Virus record (IMG/VR): IMGVR_UViG_3300050026_000393
Origin: an uncultured virus (IMG/VR IMGVR_UViG_3300050026_000393)
Taxonomy: Duplodnaviria; Heunggongvirae; Uroviricota; Caudoviricetes
Length of the DNA: 64,000 nucleotides
Strand: one strand, 5' to 3'
A program made the translations under genes and the position numbers. The notes under the pieces were generated by a model, which saw nothing but the letters and a program-made list of their open reading frames with translations, made no database searches and was not told the DNA's origin. Below are positions 18,470-26,534 of the stretch, one piece after another. Position 1 is the stretch's first letter; every line of letters starts with the position of its first letter.

Positions 18470-20035
18470 ATGGCATTTGATATTAATAATCAGTATACAG
18501 GTAAACTATTCGGACAGGATCGTATAGGTCATACTACCCCAGACCTTGAGTTAAGCGATCCCCTTCGTCCTTGGATCCCCGTTCCTTACCCCGCACCTTA
18601 TCTTCCTGCTCTTCGTCAGGATCAGGGCCATCCTAAATTAGCATCTGTGGTCCTTTCGAGTCATGCTCTTGTTGGCCTTGATAAGTCGGGTGCAATTGTC
18701 CCTGCAGGTCTTTTCTGTGGAAAAACCCCCGCAGGTTCCAATCAGTGGTGTATTGTGCAGTATACTTCTACGTCTGCTGACCAGTTCACAATTGACCCTC
18801 GTACGGGAACTAACATCACCCCTGGTACCCATGTTGTATTTGCTGCCCCAGCCGACGCAAATCCGGGTAATGTAACACTTACCAATGGTTCTATTGTTAC
18901 CGTTACCTGGGCTGATCTTAATTGGGCTTGGTCTTGTAATCTTTTCCCAAGTCTTACTGCAGGCTCTACTGCTTCTACAACTACGACTCGTGTCCCGGTT
19001 TCTCCTGTAATCGTTGCTTCTACTTCTGCTGCACCTTCTACAGCAACCTGGACTCTTGGTGGAACTACCGACACTGTTTACGGCCAGATTTCCTTTAGTC
19101 TTGGTGTATCTGGTACTGTAGTTACTGCGAATCTAGGCAGTTCGACCGGAGAAGGAAATTCGACTGGAGCGACTCTCGCTAATGCCGTAATTGCTATTAA
19201 TAACGCTCTTTCGGCAGCCAGTATTTCTACGATGCACGCTTCCACAGGGTCGGGTACTTTAATTATTACCGGAACTGTTGACACTTCTGCTCCAGCGAAT
19301 GGTACTTACACGTTGGCAGTTACTAGTGATGTTGATGATCTTGGTACGGCTTCTACTTTAATCCCTTATTCCTATGGAGTTGTTCGTCCCGTAGGTGTGG
19401 CTATTCGTAATACCTTCCAGTATGTTGGTGGTGTCGTTGTTTTGGACAAGTCTTTAAATGGTGGTATCCTTTATCGTCTAGAAGGTCTTGTTCCGACTGG
19501 TTTCCAGGTTAATAACTACATGCACGAAATGGGTACTGCTATTCAGACCCAATTCGTTCTCAGAGTTCCTTGGATCGGTGCAACACCAAACACCCTTCAG
19601 ACTGATGCGAATACTGACGGCATCCAGGGTTATTATCAGAGTGAAGGCAGAACTTATACACACTATACTGGTAATCCACAACCGGGTGCAGGTGTCACTT
19701 TCTCTATTCAGCAAGGCGATGCTGGTAATTACAGTGATTTCTCTGCAACTACTAATTCTCCTGTTGATTTGATTGGCCGAATTATTGGTGTAATGAATAT
19801 GATCCATAAAGTTGGTTACTCAAACCGCATCAAGACACTGTGGGATCCTGCTCGTATGGTTGGCCCTATGACAGACCCCAACCCAGCATCAATTATGATG
19901 GGCGGTAGTGCTACTGGGGGTCTGCCTTATGACCTTAACTTAACTACCGATGGAATCTATAAAGCTTCGTTGATTCAAGGTACTCAGGCTCGTGCAGAAT
20001 ACGGTACTTACGTTTTAGTCCGTGTCAACCTCTAA
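18470..20035 (+). CDS. Head decoration / minor capsid protein with inserted surface domain
   Basis: PAPYLP...VVLS...LVG motif, IGRIIGV near the end; immediately upstream of the MCP. Confidence 0.7.
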   Translation: MAFDINNQYTGKLFGQDRIGHTTPDLELSDPLRPWIPVPYPAPYLPALRQDQGHPKLASVVLSSHALVGLDKSGAIVPAGLFCGKTPAGSNQWCIVQYTSTSADQFTIDPRTGTNITPGTHVVFAAPADANPGNVTLTNGSIVTVTWADLNWAWSCNLFPSLTAGSTASTTTTRVPVSPVIVASTSAAPSTATWTLGGTTDTVYGQISFSLGVSGTVVTANLGSSTGEGNSTGATLANAVIAINNALSAASISTMHASTGSGTLIITGTVDTSAPANGTYTLAVTSDVDDLGTASTLIPYSYGVVRPVGVAIRNTFQYVGGVVVLDKSLNGGILYRLEGLVPTGFQVNNYMHEMGTAIQTQFVLRVPWIGATPNTLQTDANTDGIQGYYQSEGRTYTHYTGNPQPGAGVTFSIQQGDAGNYSDFSATTNSPVDLIGRIIGVMNMIHKVGYSNRIKTLWDPARMVGPMTDPNPASIMMGGSATGGLPYDLNLTTDGIYKASLIQGTQARAEYGTYVLVRVNL

Positions 20036-20046
20036 GGAAGAATTCT

Positions 20047-20244
20047 ATGCAGATCGTTATTACAGAAGGCAAAGCTTATATCGGTAATAGCGGTCTGCGT
20101 TGTATGAACCCTAGGGCAGACAATCCTGATTTAAAATGCAATAAACTTATAGTAAAAAAGAATGCAGTTGGAGAGCTTTCTGGAAATTTCATTTGTCCAG
20201 ATCGACGTTGTAAACAACACATAGAAGTTTTAACTATCAAGTAA
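20047..20244 (+). CDS. Mu Com-like zinc-ribbon translational regulator
   Basis: LRC...CNKLI...ICPDRRCKQHI resembles Mu Com (IRC.NCNKLL...IRCPRCKRHI). Confidence 0.75.
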   Translation: MQIVITEGKAYIGNSGLRCMNPRADNPDLKCNKLIVKKNAVGELSGNFICPDRRCKQHIEVLTIK

Positions 20245-20335
20245 GGTTGTTTATATAACCCTTTAATAACCAAAGAAACCTTTCTTTGTGTATCTAGTCC
20301 GAATAGACTAATAACTCTCAAGGAGTTTTTCCGAA

Positions 20336-21661
20336 ATGGCAAAACAGACAGTTGATGTAGAAAAAATTAAAGAAGAGATCCGTCTACAGGACAGATTCAG
20401 TACTATTTTCCGTACTGGTGGATACGATCCTAAAGAAAATGAAATCGTTAGCATTAAGGATGCTCTTGATATCCAAAACGCTGCCTTTATGATTCCCCGT
20501 GCCTTAACAACCATCGTTCAAGAGGGTATTGAACCGATGCTTATTGGCACACACTTGCTTCAGAAGGTTCAGTATAAACCCGGGATGACTACGGTATTTC
20601 CTTCAGTCGAACCCCTCCGTGCTGACGAAGCTGGAGACGGAATGGACCTGCCAATTTACAATATCAATATTGGTGGGGCACAGAGTTTCGGTGTAACCGT
20701 AAAACGTCACGGTTTACGTCTGAAGATTAATCAACGTTTTATTGATGACTCGAGTTATCCTTGGATCAACTTCTGGCTTCGGTTAGCGGGTAATGCCCTG
20801 GCACGTCACAAAGAAGAGTATATCTTTGATTTTATCACTCGTCTTGGAACCGTCGTGTTTGATAATAGCACTGCTGCTCGTTTGACGAGTTCTGCTGTTC
20901 AACCTATCAAAGGTACCACTACAGGCCGTAATTATCTGGGTGTACTGAATGGCTCCATGACAGTGGACGACGTATTCGATATGTATGCAGCAGTATTACT
21001 TAATGGTTTCGTTCCGGATACGCTTTTGGTCCATCCCATGGCCTGGTTAATGTGGGTTAAAGATCCCGTTCTGCGTGAGTTTGCTATTCAGGCAGGCGGT
21101 GGTAGTTTCTTCGCTAACTTTACAGGAAATCCTGCTGTTCTGGGTAACAAGTTCTATAACTTTGGCGGTTTGGGTGCAGGTCAAGGTCAGACGGGTCAGT
21201 ATACTAACGGTAACCTTACTGGTGGTGAAGTTTCTAGTGCAACTGCTGGTAATTATCAGAACATGACTTCTGCTCCGGAATTACCTAATTACCTAGGGTT
21301 GCCCTTCCGTATCCTAGTGAGTCCTTTTGTTAATTTCAATCCGGAAACTCGTACAACGGATGTTCTGATGTTCAACTCCAAGAATCTCGGCGCGTTAATT
21401 GTAGCAGATGAGCCTCATGTTAAATCTTGGGAAGACGGTGCTTATGGAATCCAGAATATGAGTATCGAAGAGACTTATGGTTTCGGTATTCTCAACGAGG
21501 GTCAGGCCATTGCTGTAGCAAAAAATGTTAAGATTCGTCCTAACGAGTTCACAATGCCTGCTCGTACTGTGTTTAATCTTAGTGAAGCTTCTAGTACTTT
21601 CACTGATATTAATAGTGTTGCAATGTTTGATCCCACAAACCCAATAGCAGTGAATAGTTAG
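20336..21661 (+). CDS. Major capsid protein (HK97 fold)
   Basis: IPRALTTIVQEGIEP, KRHGLRLKINQRFIDDS, ALARHKEEYIF, PDTLLVHPMAW, ETYGFGILNEG; AAGGAG RBS. Confidence 0.92.
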   Translation: MAKQTVDVEKIKEEIRLQDRFSTIFRTGGYDPKENEIVSIKDALDIQNAAFMIPRALTTIVQEGIEPMLIGTHLLQKVQYKPGMTTVFPSVEPLRADEAGDGMDLPIYNINIGGAQSFGVTVKRHGLRLKINQRFIDDSSYPWINFWLRLAGNALARHKEEYIFDFITRLGTVVFDNSTAARLTSSAVQPIKGTTTGRNYLGVLNGSMTVDDVFDMYAAVLLNGFVPDTLLVHPMAWLMWVKDPVLREFAIQAGGGSFFANFTGNPAVLGNKFYNFGGLGAGQGQTGQYTNGNLTGGEVSSATAGNYQNMTSAPELPNYLGLPFRILVSPFVNFNPETRTTDVLMFNSKNLGALIVADEPHVKSWEDGAYGIQNMSIEETYGFGILNEGQAIAVAKNVKIRPNEFTMPARTVFNLSEASSTFTDINSVAMFDPTNPIAVNS

Positions 21662-21685
21662 AATTTTGGGTCATAACTTTGGATT

Positions 21686-21726
21686 AAAACTCCTAATATG
21701 ATATTAATATCATATTAGGAGTTTTT
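21686..21726 (+). terminator. Perfect 40-bp palindrome after MCP (terminator; also sequesters an RBS)
   Basis: aaaactcctaatatgatatt|aatatcatattaggagtttt. Confidence 0.8.
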
Positions 21727-21728
21727 AC

Positions 21729-21833
21729 ATGGAAAATAGTAATTGGTTTTATGTATACGGATATTTTCGTCAAACTGTAGATATTCTCATTTGTAAATCA
21801 GTCCAGATCAGTACAAAGGGAGGGAACAACTAG
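21729..21833 (+). pseudogene. Remnant of a GIY-YIG-type homing endonuclease gene
   Basis: MENSNWFYVYGYFRQ... (FYVY.Y.R N-terminal motif) then stop at 34 aa; AGGAG RBS. Confidence 0.55.
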
Positions 21834-21834
21834 T

Positions 21835-22353
21835 ATGTCAGAATTGATCTTACCAGGATCGGACTTGTTTAATGATGTTATGAAAGAAGTTTCTCCTCCA
21901 GTAATAAAAGATATTAAAATAGATTTAATAGACCATACTGTTATGTTAAATACTGCAAAGCTAAAAACATTTCAGTGCGGAGGTCTTTGTCTAGGACCTA
22001 AACATCTAATTGCAAAAATAGGCAGAGATGCTCAACAGGAACCTATTCGTCGCGCATTACTAGAAGATAAGTTAATAGATATGACCGATAAAGACTTGTC
22101 TGCGGGTTTTAAACATACAGGCGGAGAAACTACTGCCATCATTGAAGAAGATTTGGGGTATAAAGTCTATATACAAAAAAGTTCATCAGGAGAAACTATT
22201 ATGATCTCTCCTAAAAACGAAGAGCAAAGGTTACAGTTTGAAGCAGAAATAAAAGAGTTTGGTTATATAAAGAATTTAGAAATAAATATAGAAGAACAGA
22301 TCACTAAAGAAGGTTTATCCTCAATATTTACTGATGAAGTGTGGGCGAAATAA
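21835..22353 (+). CDS. Hypothetical protein
   Basis: 172 aa, GGAGGG RBS. Confidence 0.7.
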   Translation: MSELILPGSDLFNDVMKEVSPPVIKDIKIDLIDHTVMLNTAKLKTFQCGGLCLGPKHLIAKIGRDAQQEPIRRALLEDKLIDMTDKDLSAGFKHTGGETTAIIEEDLGYKVYIQKSSSGETIMISPKNEEQRLQFEAEIKEFGYIKNLEINIEEQITKEGLSSIFTDEVWAK

Positions 22354-22356
22354 ACT

Positions 22357-23061
22357 ATGACTCCTTCTATTATAAGTGTAGAACCTAATGATGTAGAAAC
22401 AGACGTGGTCCTTGGGCAGTCTATTATAATTACGTTTAATGAGGTAATAGATACGACTACCCTTAATGCAGACACATTTGCACTTAACTACAATCCTCCA
22501 ACCCAAATTTTAACTTCAAATCAGTTAATAGACGGTTGTCCTGTAGGATCTATTGTTAGTGTTGAGGGAACTTGGACTTTTACAACAAATAACAGTAGCC
22601 AGACTGTAGCTGTTTATCAGCCAACAGAACCTTTTAAACAAAACACAGTGTATACCGTTACAGTATTTGGTACAGATGCGTCATTATCAACACAAAACGT
22701 AATGGATCTAGAGGGTAACTCCATGTCTGTAAGTTATCAGTGGATGTTTACTACAGGCAGTTTGAGTTTTACAACTCCTCCTGCACAGTGTCCTTTGGTA
22801 GATATTCCGGCGATAAATCCAGAATGTATTAGGGTTACACCCCGACACCAAATAGGAGATAACCTCTCTAATGAAATAGATATTATATTTCCAGGACCAA
22901 TTGATCTAACTTCTTTCTCTATGACTGATTTACAAATGAGTATATCTGCAGTATTACATGACCCTAATATATTTATACCACAAAATTTAACTTACACCCC
23001 TACAGTCTTGTCAGGCTCCCCAAATATCCTAAGAATTACTATAACAGGATTTGACTCTTAA
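22357..23061 (+). CDS. Ig-like (Big_5-type) virion protein
   Basis: PSIISVEPND.ETDV...IIITFNEVIDTTTL...PTEPFKQNTVYTVTV...DLEGN...YQWMFTTG. Confidence 0.8.
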   Translation: MTPSIISVEPNDVETDVVLGQSIIITFNEVIDTTTLNADTFALNYNPPTQILTSNQLIDGCPVGSIVSVEGTWTFTTNNSSQTVAVYQPTEPFKQNTVYTVTVFGTDASLSTQNVMDLEGNSMSVSYQWMFTTGSLSFTTPPAQCPLVDIPAINPECIRVTPRHQIGDNLSNEIDIIFPGPIDLTSFSMTDLQMSISAVLHDPNIFIPQNLTYTPTVLSGSPNILRITITGFDS

Positions 23062-23078
23062 TTGTTAAAGGATTTAAT

Positions 23079-23345
23079 ATGAACTTTGATCTATCGAATA
23101 GAACACATTTAGTAATGTTTTTAACAACTTTATTTTTTTTATTTCTTGGGATTTATGCTTTCTTAATTCCTTATCCTGTGTATGCTGCTTTAACAGGTTT
23201 TTTGTTAAGAGTGATTGAATCTTTATTCTCCGGAATCTTCTTAACTGTTAGTGTGGGACCTAAACCGACGGCGACCCCTACAAGTACAGATGTTATACCC
23301 GAAACAATGTTAGAACCCGCGATTACTGAAGGGGCTGTTAAGTAA
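23079..23345 (+). CDS. Small two-TM membrane protein (holin-like)
   Basis: Two hydrophobic helices in 88 aa. Confidence 0.55.
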   Translation: MNFDLSNRTHLVMFLTTLFFLFLGIYAFLIPYPVYAALTGFLLRVIESLFSGIFLTVSVGPKPTATPTSTDVIPETMLEPAITEGAVK

Positions 23346-23357
23346 GAGGCTTATTTT

Positions 23358-24029
23358 ATGTCAATGCTTTATGTAGGGGATACAGAAACATTAACTTTCT
23401 CTTTATCTCACTCAGACGGATCTTCCCCGTCTGTAACAGTTTCTCCGTTAATCACAATTATTCAAGTATCAACGACAACCTCTGTAGTTAGTTCAGCTCC
23501 AATGACCTTCCTTACAGGAACTGTTAAAACTTATTATTATAACTTTGTAACTACGGGTCTTACTCCTGGGTTTTATGTTGCGGTAGTTTCTTATGCCGCT
23601 GATGGAAATACTGTAAATAATTTATTTCTACAGAACATTAAACTTGGAGATACTTATATTACAGGTCCTGTTGCTTTGGCGTCCACTGTCGCCCTAAATG
23701 CCACTGTTGCATTAGCAGCAACAACCGCTACTCCCGCTCAAGTTGCTGCGGTAAATCCTAACAGTTCCTCTGTTGTACTTGCTATTCAGAGTAAGGTAAA
23801 CACACTACCAACTTCGCCTGCAGATAATTCTTTACTTACAACGGTTAAGAATTTAGTAACAGATGTAAAAGATGCTACTTTAGGAACCTGGAATATAAAC
23901 AAAGCAGTTACTCCGAACACCTTAACGTACTTACGTACAGACGGATCTACTGCTTTTGCATCTTTTAATCTTTCCGAGGGATCTACTTCATCTCAAAAAA
24001 CAAATACTGTTTATATTCCTTCAAGTTAA
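23358..24029 (+). CDS. Virion structural protein (N-terminal beta-sandwich)
   Basis: YVGDTETLTFSL...YYYNF.TTGLTPGFY; Thr/Ala rich. Confidence 0.65.
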   Translation: MSMLYVGDTETLTFSLSHSDGSSPSVTVSPLITIIQVSTTTSVVSSAPMTFLTGTVKTYYYNFVTTGLTPGFYVAVVSYAADGNTVNNLFLQNIKLGDTYITGPVALASTVALNATVALAATTATPAQVAAVNPNSSSVVLAIQSKVNTLPTSPADNSLLTTVKNLVTDVKDATLGTWNINKAVTPNTLTYLRTDGSTAFASFNLSEGSTSSQKTNTVYIPSS

Positions 24030-24060
24030 TTTACACTGATTTTTAATTTTTCAGTATACT

Positions 24061-24096
24061 AGATAAGGATAGGATCACCTATCCTTATCTTATTTT
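24061..24096 (+). terminator. 13-bp perfect hairpin, putative terminator
   Basis: agataaggatagg-atca-cctatccttatct then tatttt. Confidence 0.75.
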
Positions 24097-24109
24097 AAAG
24101 GCATTATTA

Positions 24110-24406
24110 ATGATAGACACAGAAGAACAAAAAGAAATATTACTGAAGCTTAGAGATCTTCATGCAGTATTCTTAGGAATAGATGGTCAACCTGGTCAAT
24201 TTGCCTTATTGTCTGCCCAGGTAAAACAGCATGATGACAGACTACGAGTTACTGAACGTTTTCAGTATGTTCTAACAGGAATGGGATTGGTAGCTTCCTT
24301 TGCCTTTTATAAATTGAGTGCCTTGGTTGGAATCTTAACTGGAACTACAAAAGCGTTATTTTTACCTGTTTTTGTAAAAACAGGACTTGCTCATTTTTTA
24401 GGATAA
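24110..24406 (+). CDS. Coiled-coil plus C-terminal TM protein (holin/XhlA-like)
   Basis: QVKQHDDRLRVTERF followed by hydrophobic segments. Confidence 0.5.
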   Translation: MIDTEEQKEILLKLRDLHAVFLGIDGQPGQFALLSAQVKQHDDRLRVTERFQYVLTGMGLVASFAFYKLSALVGILTGTTKALFLPVFVKTGLAHFLG

Positions 24407-24410
24407 TATA

Positions 24411-25154
24411 ATGCAAAATGTTGTTTTTCATATTACAATTCCGGCGGGATTAAAATTAGTAGCAGGAAACAGATTGATGAAGGAAATAACATTTGATTTT
24501 ATTTCCAGATTAGATCCTTACTATTCCTCTGTTGATTATGTAAAACTAACAGCAGGTCCCTCTATTTCTAAACTTTCGGAAACAACGATTGCTAGTCAAA
24601 TTTATAAATCAAGTAAACAAGCTAAGTTGATAGTTCCTTTTCACATTCCTTGGGAAGGGCCGCAACATGAAAGACTGGTTGAAGCAAGAACCCAGTATAC
24701 AACCTTATTGGCTTCTAGAGATTTATTATTAAATATAATTTCTCTTCTAGGTCCGGGCGCTCACGTTTTGGCAAACTTCTCTGTAGACAGAAAAGCAGAT
24801 AATACAAAACATTTAGATCAGTTAAATAAAGATCTAAAAACATATGAGATAACATTACGTTCTCATGGAAGAGTTGTTCCTGGTGGCCATGCTAAGTTTC
24901 AGTTTGCTGCCAAAGGGGTTTGGGATCTTGGAGAGAAGACTCCAGGAAGAAACTGGAGTCCTAATGGTATGGGTGCAAACTCATCCTCGCCAGAAACATG
25001 GAGTAATACTGGTGGTAGAGGAAAACCTGTTAAAATGTTTGCCTCTCCAATATGTTCTCCTTCCCTATTTTCCATGAGGCAAGGGTGTTATCAAACTGGT
25101 TTTTCTATAGCACAAATGGGTACGGGTTTTGGTGGGTTTAGTGGTGGATATTAA
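24411..25154 (+). CDS. Putative head-tail adaptor (neck) protein
   Basis: Position; PYYSSVDYVK, HVLANFSV motifs. Confidence 0.55.
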   Translation: MQNVVFHITIPAGLKLVAGNRLMKEITFDFISRLDPYYSSVDYVKLTAGPSISKLSETTIASQIYKSSKQAKLIVPFHIPWEGPQHERLVEARTQYTTLLASRDLLLNIISLLGPGAHVLANFSVDRKADNTKHLDQLNKDLKTYEITLRSHGRVVPGGHAKFQFAAKGVWDLGEKTPGRNWSPNGMGANSSSPETWSNTGGRGKPVKMFASPICSPSLFSMRQGCYQTGFSIAQMGTGFGGFSGGY

Positions 25155-25738
25155 TGGATTTTTATCAAGGACTTTCTTCTACTATAGATCTTCGAGAAGA
25201 ACTACATGCTGTCTTGTGGGGAAGGTTTCCTGAACCAGGACAAGGACAATGTGTTGTTTTTCGGAGACTAACTAACACGCATTGTCCTGGATGTTGGAGT
25301 GACAAGACCTCAGGAAGTACATTACCTAATTGTAAATACTGTCAGGGAGAAGGTTATCAGTTTTATGAACGCGAAGAACTGATTGGGTTCTTTAGAGGAG
25401 CCGCCCCGGTATATAAAGGCGGAGTTTTAGCAACAGGTCAATATCCACAAATGGGTACAGGTTATACTGATGCTAATAAAGTTACAGGATATATAGAAGT
25501 AATGAGGCCCGACGGGACAGAGACTTATCCTGATTATGAAAGATACTTAATACAGGATAAAAAAAGTTATGATCGTATGTATGAATTAAAAGTAGATATT
25601 GAGGGAAATGTTGTTCGTAATAGTGCGGGAATTCCTACCAGAACAGCAAAATGGAAAATTTTAAATGTAATTCCTTTAAGGGGAGATTACGGTAGAATTG
25701 AGTTTTTTGAACTAGCTTTGGAAAAAATAAACATATAA
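25154..25738 (+). CDS. Putative head-closure/neck protein with Zn finger
   Basis: CPGCW...CKYCQGEGY; RGDYGRIEFF C-terminus. Confidence 0.65.
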   Translation: MDFYQGLSSTIDLREELHAVLWGRFPEPGQGQCVVFRRLTNTHCPGCWSDKTSGSTLPNCKYCQGEGYQFYEREELIGFFRGAAPVYKGGVLATGQYPQMGTGYTDANKVTGYIEVMRPDGTETYPDYERYLIQDKKSYDRMYELKVDIEGNVVRNSAGIPTRTAKWKILNVIPLRGDYGRIEFFELALEKINI

Positions 25739-25788
25739 AGATGATAAATATAGGTTTATATGCTCAATACCTATACTAGGTAAAAAAG

Positions 25789-26484
25789 ATGATACTTGTA
25801 AATGATAAAGTTTCTACAAATAGGGAAAGGGTACCACCGCCATTACGTTCAAGTAAACGTGCTGTAGATATAAACGGTTTTTTTGAAATTGTAGGAAAAG
25901 CTTTTGACCACTACATACAAACAGAAGGAGCGCCTGACGCTACTTCTCCTATCTTTATAGAAAGATTTCCTCAAGAAAGACTAGGAAAACCAGATAAACC
26001 TTTTGAAGTTATAACATTCTCTGTTCTTGAGGGTGCTCTTTCCCCGGTTTTAAATGACGGTCGTACTAATAGAAACCCTTCGATTAGGGAAGTCCGTGTA
26101 GACAAGACTAAAGAAGGGTATAATAAAATTACCTATGGTTGGTGGGAGAGCTACACAGTAAAATTTGAAATATGGTCAAAATCTAATCCTACGGCTAATA
26201 AGTTGGTAGTCTGGTTTAATAAGTTTTTAAAAAGATACGATTATTTTTATAATTACTTTGCAGCATATGGAATCCAAAAGTTTAAGTTTGAAAAACGATT
26301 AGAAGATGTTACTGAAACAAAAGAAGATCAGGAAATATATAAACGTTGTTTATGTTATTCGTTTAGATTAGAGATGTTAGATACATTTATAGAACATCAA
26401 TTAACAAGTCTAACTATAGGAGCAGGATTTCCTGAGGGCGGCGAGATCCAAAAAGTCGAACTCTGTAATTATTCAGATACGTAA
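25789..26484 (+). CDS. Putative tail terminator/completion protein
   Basis: VKFEIWSKSNPTANKLV.WF; immediately upstream of sheath. Confidence 0.65.
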   Translation: MILVNDKVSTNRERVPPPLRSSKRAVDINGFFEIVGKAFDHYIQTEGAPDATSPIFIERFPQERLGKPDKPFEVITFSVLEGALSPVLNDGRTNRNPSIREVRVDKTKEGYNKITYGWWESYTVKFEIWSKSNPTANKLVVWFNKFLKRYDYFYNYFAAYGIQKFKFEKRLEDVTETKEDQEIYKRCLCYSFRLEMLDTFIEHQLTSLTIGAGFPEGGEIQKVELCNYSDT

Positions 26485-26534
26485 AGAACTAAACTAATAA
26501 CTAATAATTAGTTTTAGGTGTATTAGGAGAAAAC

